Shown here one piece after another: positions 1 to 13,700 of a stretch of 64,000 nt of DNA. Position 1 is the stretch's first letter. Each line of letters starts with the position of its first letter. The notes under the pieces are model-generated. The model was not told the origin of the DNA and made no database searches. It worked only from the letters and a program-made list of their open reading frames with translations. The stretch comes from Amphiscolops sp. MND2022 (lineage: Eukaryota): assembly GCA_964187785.1 (NCBI GenBank), contig OZ076416.1, positions 55,800,001 through 55,864,000 on the forward strand, in the 5' to 3' direction. The position numbers were made by a program, and so were the translations under genes.

Positions 1-1470
1 TCCTGGAGTCGAACTGCTTGCAGGGACTCACACCATACCAGGGTTTTAGAGATAATGTACCAGTTGTAGAACTACGACAGAACTCCGTTGTCATGCCACA
101 GGGTCCCAGATAGAAGCTTTTGAAACAAAACCAAGCAACTGAATCGCGTGATTGTAAATATGCTGCTTGAGAAACGGAAGCAAAAAAGCAACACTTTCTG
201 ATCATATCTCCGGAATTAGTTTCAAATTCCTTGTGGTTGAAGTCAATAGAAAAAAGGTAGGTCTCCGCCACAATAGGAGACAATTTTCAACAAAGTTAGG
301 TCATAGACACCAAGCTATTAAAGGCAAGTCACAGACAGGGATTTATGATTTCATGACCTCCCCGTATGTTTTTTTTGAATTTATTCAAATTTAAATCATT
401 TTATTTATTTAAATATATTGACAATCAAACAATGAAATCTGTTCATGTACGTTGTTTATTTATTGTCAATATATTGTACAAAACTAAAAATTTTATTAGT
501 TGACCTTATAGTCTTATATCTATTAACACTTAAAAGCACTGGCCAAAAAAATAATAATTTGTACTTTATAATATTTTACATGTAAAAAGTGTTCATGTTT
601 ATACTAAATATAAAATTAAAAGGTCAACAATTTTATTATTTTTAATTTTACATTAATAATAACAGTTTTTTATCACCTTTAGTTTGGTACAAATTGGTTT
701 TTTGTACAATACAAGGTTTTTTGATTCCCTCCTATATACACCATGTTTCTTAGTTTTAAAAAACATTGGGTTCTTATTTTCCTACGAAACAAGTTCTGCC
801 TTTTTTCCTAAGAAACAAGGTGTACCGTATGGTCCAAAAAGATTTTTTAAAGTACAAAATTATGTAATCTTTCTTACCAAGTTAGTAGTGATCATATCAC
901 ATAAGTTATATAAATGAAAACTGATGACAAATGTACGTGACTATATGTCATAGCACCCACAGAGCTGTGGAACACAAATTCAGAGAAAAGGCCAGAGGAA
1001 AGAAGTGGGGAAGTTGTCCAGATAGAGACAAATAAAACATCACAAACCTGAAAGAAACAGCCAACAAACAAACATTCAAAACTACTTATTAGCCATGTAA
1101 GTGCATTAATAATATTATTATTTACCCAGTGCAGTTTCTAAAATATATAAATATGTAAATAATTAAATAATGGTGTAAATAATGCAAATAATGTGCAATG
1201 ACTGCGATTTGTTTACTGTAAAGCGGCCGGCATGCTCATTACGATACACATGCCGCAAAACTGGAATTTATCATCAAGTGTAAAGTGTATTTTCCGTAAA
1301 ACGAGAACGAACCGTATTCTAGTTAAACAGTGCAATGTGTTTATCGTAACTTTTGATGCACAGTGTAATCAGAAATTGTGGATTGTGGCCATTGAGCGTA
1401 ATTAGAGAAAAGTGGAAACCAGTCAATAAGTTCAACCTACAATTGGCTCGATTCCGTAACGTGTATAAAG

Positions 1471-1636
1471 CGTAAATTAGTCAATATTTGACTAGAATTC
1501 ACTTTTCGAGTACTTAGAGCTATCCACCACGTAAATTAGTCAATGTTTGACTAGAATTCACTTTTCGAGTACTTAGAGCTATCTACCACGTAAATTGGTA
1601 AATATTTGACTAGAATTCACTTTTCGAGTACTTAGA
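1471..1636. repeat. 59-bp tandem repeat, about 2.8 copies
   Basis: Unit cgtaaattagtcaatatttgactagaattcacttttcgagtacttagagctatccacca starts at 1471, 1530 and 1589 with few substitutions and no spacers. Confidence 0.9.
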
Positions 1637-2990
1637 AGTATCATTCCTTGAAAACGGGGAAAAGTTTGACTACTTTACACCAAAGAAACGATACATCGTA
1701 TTGCTTTCTTTATTGAAAAAACGCTTTACATTGTAATTGCGGTCGGTAATTAGGTTGACTGTTTCACACTATTCACTTTGACTGGTTTACATGTACACTA
1801 ATTTGACTACAGATATAATAACGCGTTTCTATTGGCTGTTAATCGAACTAGCAAGATCTTGTTAGTTCGTTGCTGCATATGTATCGTAATGCTGATTGAA
1901 GTTGTTCCAACCAGCACACCGGCCAGCTTACTGCCTCAATATCAGCAGAGCGAAGCATGCCTGATTTCATTCTTTCTTTCATTAGTCAACCAATCAACGT
2001 TTAGCGCAAATTCACAATACTAACTGAGCCGCCGTGCTAGACAAATCGCCAGTCGATTAGAGCTGGGACGCACGCTCGGCTGCTCGGCTGAAACATCCAA
2101 AGTGCAAATATAATTAGGAGATGCTATGTGCTAACCAAGTACAAATTCGAAGCTGAAAAGAAACCTAAATCACAAGAAGATGGTCAATAGAAACCAAACG
2201 TGTGGTATCAGTAATGTATGAATGCATGATTGTAAATTTGTTGATCTCAGACACTGGGTCGACCGTCCGGACAATCGACCGGAATTCATACTTGGGGACG
2301 ACAACCGGGACAACCGATCAATCAAAAGTGATACAAATAATGAATTAGCCGTCACTGAATGCCAACAAATTCATCCAATAAATGATAAATGAACCACCTC
2401 GGACATATTTACAGTTTTCTTATGTGTACTGACTTAGTGATCTAATAACTGTTTGTAACTTGACCCGAGCTAACCGCCAGGACAACCGTTTGAATGTCGA
2501 AGGATAAGCTATTTTCATGCAAGTTACGAATGATGTAACGAACGTTGATCATTAATTTAGTAGTTTTATTTATTGTTTAAGTAATGTTTTGTCTATTGAA
2601 GTTATCCGATTAAGTGAAACCCCCATTCCTTCAAGCTAATAATTCGTGCTAACACTTTGGCCAATAGTCCGTGTAAATTCGAATCGGCTATACCGCCAAA
2701 CTAGCAAGTATATTTACTGTGCTGATTAATCTTAATACTAATCGTCTGTGCTCAGTGATAACGATTATTGTTTCCTATACTATTACCTTGTTAATAAGTA
2801 CAGTTTATCATTTTGTTTTAAATATCAATTTTCCTATCAAGGAAAAATTCAATTCTTTTCCTCTTCAATTGCTAGGTTCATGAAATTCAGTCCCAACTTC
2901 ATCTTCGGCGTCTTGAAAAGGCGGGGAATGAAGATGAAAGGGACGCGAAATTGGGAAGCGACAGGAAGTTGACTCCCACTTTTCTTTGAA

Positions 2991-3682
2991 TGTGTGATGA
3001 AGCCGAATGCCGATTCCCAAGGAATCCTGCCTTATTTGGATTTCCCCGTTTCAGAGAGGACGTTGAGTTGAACAAGGTGTGATTTCACGCGCGAGGTTTT
3101 CCCCGCGTGTCTAGCATAAAGTATTTAGACCTGGAGTGTATACTTGATTTATTAATCGCTTGTACCCTATCGATGCTTGACTTTTGATTTGAACTCCCAT
3201 TTTGATCAGTTTTTCTTTTATTTGTATCATGGCCGATTTCTTTGGATATCTCGCCAGTTGATAGACTGAGTTATTTCCTGAACTCAGCGATCCAGTAGTT
3301 CAATTTAATTATTACCGAGTATTTATTTTCCTTCAAATCTTTCCAGGGAGGTCCCATAAACGTAAACTAAGAAGTGACCAGACAACTAGTCATTTAGATG
3401 AAAAAGTCGCGAGCTCGACTAACGACGAAAACCTCCAACTGTCAGAAAGAGACTTTGAAGATATATCAAATAAAATTGACAACAAAATCTCTGAAGGGCT
3501 TCGGGATACTGAATTGAGTCAACGCGAAATACTAAGGCTAATTGAAAACCTATCGTCGAAGGTGGACAATCTGTCAAGCGTAACTTCTGAATAACGTTAA
3601 CTTACGACTAGGAATGAGAATAATGAAAACTCCGCGGAAGATTTAGAAGAAGTCGGTTTGAGTAGAAACGAGAGCTCCAACA
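2991..3682 (+). mobile_element. Possible solo-LTR-like fragment carrying a decayed gag N-terminal-like coiled-coil frame (second copy 6455-7146)
   Basis: Starts TGTG and ends CCAACA. It contains the ATG-less frame KRKLRSDQTT...ELSQREILRLIENLSSKVDNLSS, similar in character to the gag N-termini inside the LTRs of elements 1 and 2. No TSD or PBS was found. Confidence 0.3.
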
Positions 3683-5103
3683 CTATAGGAGAAATGAATC
3701 GAAATCCTAGACTTGGTGGACAGGTGGACCAAAAAACGGAACGCACAAAATTTTTCGAGCTCTGAAAGTTTCAAAAAATTGTCAACGAAGGAAAGCGGTA
3801 GATAGAAACCCAAATGAAGCGGTATATTTCTAGTGCTTAAATCAATTTGTCAAACTAAAGCCAATGTCTGATATAATTAAAGTAATGCAATCGATTAATC
3901 GCTGAAGACGCACTAATTAGGCAGTAAATTTTAATGAATAACAGTAGGCATTTGTTTGCACAAAAACTTTGTCGTTATTTGTTGAGTAATTAGACCCTTA
4001 ATAAAGAACTACTTTGTACACTGCTCTTAGAAGGGCAAATGATTGATTTGCTGTTGTGAAGCGACACGCTGTTCTTATTCTGTTACGTCATTCTCAATAT
4101 GACGCAATTGCAACGAATGAACTTACAAAAATTCAAATTTTGCCCGTTGAAACATTCAAAAATTTGCGGGGAATTTGTCCTTAATTTTTTCGATGTTGCT
4201 CTTAAAACCACCCAATTGTATAGTAAACATAATAAATACCTGAAAAAATAGCATTGCATCAGGGAAAAAAATTTCTTGAATGATTCTCCATGAAACTCTA
4301 AAAGTCAACCTATAAGTGTTTGGCCACCTTAAGGAACATGTAAAACTTCCCAGCAAGTTCAACTAGGGCACTGATAGACAGACTTCCCAAATTTCTGTTC
4401 AGAACGATACATGCAGAATATTTTAGAGCTCTTTCACTTGCGCTCAAATAGCTAATGTGAATAGGACTGACAAAAAATTAATTCCACGTTCAAAAGTTTG
4501 AAATAGAACAAGGTTTGGATGATATCGACAAAACACTCGAGAAGAACAAACCACTTGAAAAGTCGGTTTTCAAAAAAAAGCAACGTCTTACCTGATGATG
4601 CAATTATTCCGACTTTGACAACTTTTCAAATGGTCAAAAAATATGAAAATTATCGACTGGAGTGAAATTCCTATTGAATTCACTGGAACGACGAAATGGT
4701 CCAGAAATCAATTAATAACGGAACCAAATCAGGTAACTGTGCCAAACATTCCAAAGCTATTGATGTCCGTCTTCAAGTTGGGCAAAAAATGGTCGAAAAT
4801 GAAATAATGTATAAGATGCTCGATTCAGAAACATCAACCAATTTTCGATTTTTTCTCGGACTTTTTGTTCCTGTAGCAGTTAACTCAGGTAACTTGGATT
4901 GTTTAATATTACAGAAAATACCATCTTGCGACAAGTTTTATTCACGTTTTTCATCATCATAAAAGCGTTCTGATATAGATGTGCATATACCCCATGACGT
5001 TGAGTTGACCAAGTGCACCGAAATATAAGAAAGTAGCTTTGAAATGCAAATGTGAAAGCAAGATTCAATCAAAATTGATGCTGGTTATTTGACTGTATGT
5101 ACT

Positions 5104-5307
5104 TGTCATGCCTGACGCATGAAAATATCAAACAATGATGTGGTCAACCATCCTGCATACCTGAACTAGAAACAAAATGTCGAAACAGTAAAAGAATGAT
5201 GATGAAAGGGAAGAATGTGGTGGAGTCAACCACATCATAAAACTCGAACTCGAATCTGCTAAAAAGCATCATTTCTATTCATTCCCCAAATAACTTTACT
5301 ATTATCT
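5104..5307 (+). mobile_element. Truncated 204-bp copy of the element 1 5' LTR, created by the tandem duplication
   Basis: Matches 8568-8771 including alleles specific to the 5' LTR (ctaaaaagc, tactattatc); cut at the duplication junction. Confidence 0.9.
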
Positions 5308-8300
5308 CAAGATCTTGTTAGTTCGTTGCTGCATATGTATCGTAATGCTGATTGAAGTTGTTCCAACCAGCACACCGGCCAGCTTACTGCCTCAATATCA
5401 GCAGAGCAAAGCATGCCTGATTTCATTCTTTCTTTCATTAGTCAACCAATCAACGTTTAGCGCAAATTCACAATACTAACTGAGCCGCTGTGCTAGACAA
5501 ATCGCCAGTCGATTAGAGCTGGGACGCACGCTCGGCTGCTCGGCTGCTCGGCTGAAACATCCAAAGTGCAAATATAATTAGGGGATGCTATGTGCTAACC
5601 AAGTACAAATTCGAAGCTGAAAAGAAGCCTAAGTCACAAGAAGATGGTCAATAGAAACCAAACGTGTGGTATCAGTAATGTATGATAGCATGATTGTAAA
5701 TTTGTTGATCTCAGACACTGGGTCGACCGTCCGGACAATCGACCGGAATTCATAATTGGGGACGACAACCGGGACAACCGATCAATCAAAAGTGATACAA
5801 ATAATGAATTAGCCGTCACTGAATGCCAACAAATTCATCCAATAAATGATAAATGAACCATCTCGGACATATTTACAGTTTTCTTATGTGTACTGACTTA
5901 GTGAGCTAATAACTGTTTGTAACTTGACCCGAGCTAACCGCCAGGACAACCGTTTGAATGTCGAAGGATAAGCTATTTTCATGCAAGTTACGAATGATGT
6001 AACGAACGTTGATCTTTATTTTAGTAGTTTTATTTAGTGTTTAAGTAATGTTTTGTCTATTGAAGTTATCCGATTAAGTAAAACCCCCATTCCTTCAAGC
6101 TAATAGTTCGTGCTAACACTTTGGCCAATAGTCCGTGTGAATTTGAATCGGCTATCCCGCCAAACTAGCAAGTATAATTACTGTGCTGATTAATCTTAAT
6201 ACTAATCGTCTGTGCTCAGTGATAACGATTATTGTTTCCTATACTATTACCTTGTTAATAAGTGCAGTTTATCATTTTGTTTTAAATATCAATTTTCCTA
6301 TCAAGGAAAAATTCAATTCTTTTCCTCTTCAATTGCTAGGTTCATGAAATTCAGTCTCAACTTCATCTTCGGCGTCTTGAAAAGGCGGGGAATGAAGATG
6401 AAAGGGACGCGAAATTGGGAAGCGACATGAAGTTGATTCCCACTTTTCTTTGAATGTGGGATGAAGCCGAATGCCGAGTCCCAAGGAATCCTGCCTTATT
6501 TGGATTTCCCCGTTTCAGAGAGGACGTTGAGTTGAACAAGATGTGATTTCACGCGCGAGGTTTTCCCCGCGTGTCTAGCATAAAGAATTTAGACCTGGAG
6601 TGTATACTTGATTTATTAATCGCTTGTACCCTATCGATGCTTGACTTTTGATTTGAACTCCTATTTTGATCAGTTTTTCTTTTAGTTGTATCATGGCCGA
6701 TTTCTTTGGATATCTCGCCAGTTGATAGACTGAGTTATTTCCTGAACTCAGCGATCCAGTAGTTCAATTTAATTATTACCGAGTATTTATTTTCCTTCAA
6801 ATCATTCCCGGGAAGTCCCTTAAACGTAAACTAAAAAGTGACCAGACAACTAATCATTTAGATGAAAAAGTCGCGAGTTCGACTAACGACGAAAACCTCC
6901 AACTGTCAGAAAGAGACTTTGAAGATATATCAAATAAAATTGACAACAAAATCTCTGAACGGCTTCGGGATACTGAATTTAGTCAACGCGAAATACTAAG
7001 GCTAATTGAAAACCTATCGTCGAAGGTGGACAATCTGTCAAGCGTAACTTCTGAATAAGGTTAACTTACGACTAGGAATGAGAATAATGAAAACTCCGCG
7101 GAAGATTTAGAAGAAGTCGATTTGAGTAGAAACGAGAGCTCCAACACTATAGGAGAAATGAATCGAAATCCTAGACTTGGTGGACAGGTGGACCAAAAAA
7201 CGGAACGCACAAACGTTTTCGAGCTCTGAAAGTTTCAAATAATTGTCAACGAAGGAAAGCGGTAGATAGAAACCCAAATGAAGCTGTATATTTCTAGTGC
7301 TTAAATCAATTTGTCAAACTAAAGCCAATGTCTGATATAATTAAAGTAATGCAATCGATTAATCGCTGAAGACGCACTAATTAGGCAGTAAAATTTAATG
7401 AATAACAGTAGGCATTTGTTTGCACGATAACTTTGTCGTTGTTTGTTGAGTAATTAGACCCTTAATAAAGAACTACTTTGTACACTGCTCTCAGAAGGGC
7501 AAATGATTGATTTGCTGTTGTGAAGCGACACGCTGTTCTTATTCTGTTACGTCATTCTCAATATGACGCAATTGCAACGAATGAACTTACAAAAATTCAA
7601 ATTTTGCCCGTTGAAACATTCAAAAATTTGCGGGGAATTCGTCCTTAATTTTTTCGATGTTGCTCTTAAAACCACCCAATTGTATAGTAAACCTAATAAA
7701 TACCTGAAAAAATAGCATTGCATCAGGGAAAAAAATTTCTTGAATGATTCTCCATGAAACTCTAAAAGTCATTCTAAAAGTGTTTGGCCACCTTAAGGAA
7801 CATGTAATACTTCCCAGCAAGTTCAACTAGGGCACTGATAGACAGACTTCCCAAATTTCTGTTCAGAACGATACATGCAGAATATTTTAGAGCTCTTTCA
7901 CTTGCGCTCAAATAGCTAATCTGAATAAGACTGACAAAAAATTAATTCCACGTTCAAAAGTTTGAAATAGAACAAGGTTTGGATGATATCGACAAAACAC
8001 TCGAGAAGAACAAACCACTTGAAAAGTCGGTTTTCAAAAAAAAGCAACGTCTTACCTGATGATGCAATTATTCCGACTTTGACAACTTTTCAAATGGTCA
8101 AAAAATATGAAAATTATCGACTGGAGTGAAATTCCTATTGAATTCACTGGAACGACGAAATGGTCCAGAAATCAATTAATAACGGAACCAAATCAGGTAA
8201 CTGTGCCAAACATTCCAAAGCTATTGATGTCCGTCTTCAAGTTGGGCGAAAAATGGTCGAAAATGAAATAATGTATAAGATGCTCGATTCAGGAACATCA

Positions 8301-8567
8301 ACCAATTTTCGATTTTTTCTCGGACTTTTTGTTCCTGTAGCAGTTAACTCAGGTAACTTGGATTGTTTAATATTACAGAAAATACCATCTTGCGACAAGT
8401 TTTATTCACGTTTTTCATCATCATAAAAGCGTTCTGATATAGATGTGCATATACCCCATGACGTTGAGTTGACCAAGTGCACCGAAATATAAGAAAGTAG
8501 CTTTGAAATGCAAATGTGAAAGCAAGATTCAATCAAAATTGATGCTGGTTATTTGACTGTATGTACT

Positions 8568-9599
8568 TGTCATGCCTGACGCATGAAAATATCAAACAAT
8601 GATGTGGTCAACCATCCTGCATACCTGAACTAGAAACAAAATGTCGAAACAGTAAAAGAATGATGATGAAAGGGAAGAATGTGGTGGAGTCAACCACATC
8701 ATAAAACTCGAACTCGAATCTGCTAAAAAGCATCATTTCTATTCATTCCCCAAATAACTTTACTATTATCTCCCATATTTCATACATTTGTTATGCATGT
8801 TATTTAAATCAATCTCGTGAACTTTTAGTTAAAAGTGAAAGTAATGTGGCTGATACACCATCATCAGATTTCGTTCTGGTGCAGTTAGTCATGTAAACAA
8901 TTATCTACATTAACCATTCACATATATGATGCTAGTAGTGCAACCACATCATTATACCAAATTTGAGTCATGTAACCATAGCAACGTAACTACATTCATT
9001 TTGGTGCTGCGACCATATTGCGCAATTACTAACAAAGGTGCGAACGAAAAATAGAAATATGATTGGTTGATGTGGTCACGTGACCAACGTCGCCATAATT
9101 ATTACCAAGTGAAATAGTAACATCAGTAGATTTTGCGATAGATTACGATACAGTTGCTAAATACGTACCTCTCAGTTAAACACGATTTGTTACCAAAATA
9201 CTTAACCTTTCTCATAATCAATCAATACAACCTCAAAAATCCAATATCTCTTCAAAATGGTTAATACGAGATCCCAAGTAACAGACAACCAGCATACCTT
9301 CATGTGCCGAACAGATCGGCATAGCGATACCGAAAGTGAGAGCAGTGTCCCAGAAGTTCTCACGAGAGAACAGATGAGTGAGTTTGACAACGGGAATTTG
9401 TTGGATTACAGTGGCGAGTCAGAACGTCGAGCAGTAGATCAGAGATTTACTGAAATGACTAGACAAATAAGTGAACTGACAAACTTAGTTCTTGCTCTGA
9501 CCGAGAAAATATCGTCTAATGAAAAGCCATCCTCTAGCAATAGAGAAGGGAACGTACCTAACATCACCACATCAAATGAATCTGATACACGTTCCGACA
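8568..9599 (+). repeat. 5' LTR of element 1
   Basis: TGTCATG...CCGACA. Matches 22763-23791 apart from one 3-bp indel and about four substitutions seen by eye. Confidence 0.95.
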
Positions 9600-9612
9600 T
9601 GGTGACAGGAGT
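9600..9612 (+). promoter_or_regulatory. Primer-binding site TGGTGACAGGAGT (tRNA-Leu-like)
   Basis: TGG start directly after the LTR CA. One mismatch to the recalled complement of eukaryotic tRNA-Leu(CAG) 3' ends (TGGTGTCAGGAGT). The same TGGTGACAGGAG follows the element 2 LTR. Confidence 0.75.
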
Positions 9613-10779
9613 TCCAACAACCAGCCAACTACCGAACCCACCACGCCAATCCACCTCACAATACCCTCAGTCATCCGCTCAGCAGTTCGACGACATTGTC
9701 ACTGAAATCCACCACCTGAGGGACACGATGACGGACACGGTGCAACATCCAAAAATTTTGCACACACAAGTCCCACTATTCCGCGGAAACCGAGAAAAGT
9801 ACAACGAGTTTGAGCACCTGCTGCTCAACCACCTCAGGCCACACCAACACAAATTGTCAGAATAACAGAAACTGACATACTTCCAGAGCCTGTTACGCGA
9901 CGATGCCATTGAATTTTGGCAATCGCTGAAAATAACGAACCAGACAATACTGGCCCAAGTACTGCGTTACTTCAAGAAGGAATACGCAAAAGAAGATTTG
10001 AAGGAAGTGGCCAAATACAAATTCGACCAGATGCGCTACGACCCTTCAGCAGAGACCTTCAATGACTTCCTCAACAAGTTCAAAAAAGTCGCAAAGCAGG
10101 CATTTGGGGGACAAGTCCAGCGATATTACAGAGACGTTTCTATTTGCGAAACTCCCCGTTCAAATGCAAAACGATTTGGCCATGGCAGGCAAACATGATG
10201 CATCGATGGAGGAGATCAGGACATTTGTGCAGCGCAGATGTCAATATGCGCAGCTCATTCCTAATACAACCAGTGCGCAACCATTCAATCAGATAAGCGC
10301 ACCCCAGCCGAATGTAGCCACACCTCAGACATCAAACGTCCAAACCCAACAACCCAGGGATGCAAAACGAAAATTTGATGGCCAATGTCGCCACTGCGGA
10401 ATACATGGCCACAAGTGGGTTGAGTGCAGGAAACGCCTCCGGGAGGAAGCACAAACCAAACCCCAGGGCCAAAACCAGCAACAACCAACCCAACCCGCCC
10501 AAACTCAAGAGATCAAGCCCAGATATAACCCCAAACTTGTGTGCCAAATTTGTGGCAAAGTGGGACACTCCGCCCGAGATTGCTACTACAGGAACACGGG
10601 GACGTCCGCCTACCGAAGCGTCCCGTCCCTAAGCAATCGACCGAGGAAAACCGACAATTTAGAAGGGACTTCAAACAGACCAACAGTAGAGTCTACAACG
10701 CCAATGAAATGTCCCACACTGCCAACGATGACATCGAAGATGCTGAGGAAACAGAACGACACGATGACGTAGAAGATCC

Positions 10780-10786
10780 AAAAAAC
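10780..10786 (+). promoter_or_regulatory. -1 ribosomal frameshift heptamer A AAA AAC at the gag/pol overlap
   Basis: gag reads CCA AAA AAC TTC TAA. The -1 frame is open from 10768 through to the pol ORF at 11074 (translated by hand). Confidence 0.75.
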
Positions 10787-13700
10787 TTCTAAAGCCACGT
10801 CATCCTCCTCAAACATACAAAAGTGCGCTACTAAACCAACACCAACAAACTACTCCTCTGACCCGACTACATACTGCAAACCACACGGGGTGGCAGTCCC
10901 GTCCTCCTACTTACACTAAGGAAACTACTAACTTCGTCATCACGAGACACTCAACTGACAACTACACCATTAAACCGAAGGAGACCAAACGAAGACCTGA
11001 AGCCCACAACATCCAACACCCGATTTCAGATCGCACACTGCCTGACCAACCGAATGATGAGAAACGAACCACTATGTCAAAACCAGGAAACCAAAAGAAG
11101 AAACCGAAGTACGAAATACGCCAGTTGAGTGCCACCCTGCAACTCCACAAAAAGGACAAGATGTTATACGTACCACTTCAATTCCGCGAATATGAAAACT
11201 TCGGACTACTTGACACGGGAGCAATCCAAAGTGCTCTCTCAGAAGCGGAACTCCGCCGCATCCTCACAGCACACCCAGCCGCCCTCCTCCAGGAACTCCC
11301 TGCTCCGGAGTTCAAAGTCCAAATCGCCAATGGAAACATCGTTCCAGTGAGGAAACAAGTCCTACTACGATTCTTCATCGGGGGAAAAATCTTCGAAGAG
11401 ACATTCATGGTCCTCTCAACGATGGGGAATATACTCATTGGAATGTCATTCTTCAAAAAATACTCCGTTACCCTGGATTTAGCCAACAACATCGTCAAAT
11501 TCCCGGACATCACCCTCCAATTACGATCAGTCAACGGGAAATTCAAAAACAAACTACTCGAATTGAAGACAACTCAGAAGACTGTGATCAAACCCAATCA
11601 ACAAGTGTTCGTCCCGGTGGTGGTTGAACGCGACCTAGGCGACATCACTGGCACTGTCGAAGGACTACCAGCCTTTGAAAGACGCTCACATCTGTTGGTT
11701 TCTCCGGCTCTCAACGAGACCCAGGAGGGGCGGACTCATGTCCAGATCACAAACCCACTCGACTACCAAATTACCATCAATGTGGGTACACCAGTGGCAT
11801 CATTCAAAATAATGACACCGAAGCAAGCCAACAACCTCCAACCGATGACCAATCACCAACTAAACCTGATTTCCCAGTACCCAGATGATGCCGAAGCTGT
11901 CTTGAACCAAATCTTCCAGGATCCGACTACCAAATCAGATAGAAGATGGTACCCTACCCCTGAGACTTGTGACGACCCGTCAAAACTCAACAAGATTGAA
12001 AAACGAATCTATGACGAAATCGTCAAACTCAGGGCCGAGGAGAAACTAGATCCAACAGCAAGTGAAGAACAACGCCATGAATTTCTAGCAAATTTCCAGT
12101 GGGAACAATCAATACTGAGCCTTCACGAGAAACAGAAAATCGAGGCCCTATTGGTCAAGTACCATGATATATTCGCCAGACATAGACTGGACATAGGGAT
12201 CAACACCGAATTCAAGATAAAGTTGACTCCCAAACACGACGAACCAGTCTATGCTCAAAGCTTACCCACACCGACGAACCTGAAAGACGACTTACCGGTT
12301 GAATTGGCGTTGATGCAGGAGTACGGCATAATCACAACATTGCCGTACAGCAAGTACTCTTCACCTATCTTCGCCCAACGCAAACCAAATGGGAAGCTTA
12401 GAATCCTCGTAGACCTCAGACGGATCAATCACTTGCTGAAGAATGACTACAATCAGCACAACCATCCGGTGACGACGATGGCAGACGCAGCACAACACAT
12501 GGCAGGAAAGCGATATTTCTGCAAACTGGACTGTTCGCAAGCACACCATTGTTTGCAAATGGCAGATGAACAGTCAGACCAGTTACTCGCTTTCAACTTC
12601 GGAAGTAGGACGTTCGCCTACCTCAGACTAGCCCAAGGATTGAATCGATCACTATCAGCCTTCAACAGTACTGTTCGAGAGTACTTGGACCCCTTGGTCA
12701 AGGCCGACAAATGTGCCCAATACGTCGATGACATCGGCATTGCAGCCAACAATGTCGAAGAGCTTGTCGACAACATTGAGGCTGTGTTCATGAAAATCAA
12801 TCAAGCTGGCCTGAAACTGTCGATGGCCAAATGTGCTTTCGGACACCCTGAGATAGAATTCCTGGGACGTAGCATCACCTCCAAGGGAGTTGCCCCCATC
12901 TAAGAAAAAATTGACAAGTTTTTGAAAAACATCAAATTACCGACGTCTGTGAAATCTTTACAACGATACATTGGATTCGTCCAATTCTACCGCCAATACA
13001 TTCCATGCCTAGCAGAAAAACTTGTTCCACTCTACAAACTCCTACAGAAAGACGCCAAATTCGAACTAACGCAAGTCCACAAAGATGCCATGTTCGACAT
13101 CAATGAGAACATAGCAAACGCAGCCAAGATGTCCGTGCGACTACCACTTCCGGACAAACAGCTAGTGATCATGTGCGATGCTAGCGAGCATGCAGCTGGA
13201 TACGTTCTCTTGATCGAGGATTACACTGAGACGAATGACGGACCGACGAAGTCATACGCACCAGTAGCCTTTGGTTCACAAAGGTTTACTGAGGGCCAGA
13301 TGTCGCTCACGATTTTTGCAAAAGAGTTCCTGGCTATGCACTTCGCATTTGATGAGTTCGCTCATATCTTGTGGGGAGTGAAGAAACCGACAATCGTCAT
13401 GACTGACAACAAAGGCCTCACAAGATTCTTCCAGTCTAAACGAATACCTCCTAAACTGTGGAACTACTGCGACCAGGCCCTCCAATTCGGCTTTGTCCTG
13501 GCCCATGTACCTGGAGTCGAGAACCCAGCAGCTGACTACCTGTCCAGAATCGACATCCACCCAAAGGACAGGATCCACCTCAAGCTACACGACGAGATAC
13601 CAGTCTTCAAGGTTGAAATTGACTTGGCATCAAAAACACCCAAACAGGACGATGAGGAAGACGATTACATTCCAGACGCGACGTATGTGCCTGATGCTAC

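Larger units (their letters stand above)
1852..8771. repeat. Direct tandem duplication of about 3.46 kb (1852-5307 and 5308-8771)
   Basis: caagatcttgttagttcg starts at 1852 and 5308. ORF-track peptides recur at a constant offset of 3464 (2170/5634, 2748/6212, 4156/7620, 4696/8160). Copy 2 has an extra gctcggct unit and scattered SNPs. Confidence 0.95.
9257..10792 (+). pseudogene. gag: gag, disrupted by one premature stop (9863-9865) and two frameshifts (about 10105 and 10627)
   Basis: MVNTRSQ start; capsid-like PLFRGNREKYNEFEHL; zinc knuckles CRHCGIHGHKWVEC and CQICGKVGHSARDC; pieces spread over ORFs 9257, 9998, 10062 and 10541. Confidence 0.9.

Noticed and set aside
1471-1636. 59-bp repeats (and the 62-bp repeats at 22474-22630) as a CRISPR array
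   Set aside because: Units are head to tail with no unique spacers, there are no cas genes, and the context is eukaryotic.
4250-5070. Possible decayed transposase-like coding sequence in the duplicated unit
   Set aside because: Only vague similarity (KFLF...ALSLAL), many stops and no diagnostic motif.
9600-9612. tRNA gene
   Set aside because: Only a 13-nt complement of a tRNA 3' end (PBS); no cloverleaf. No tRNA or rRNA genes were recognised in the window.
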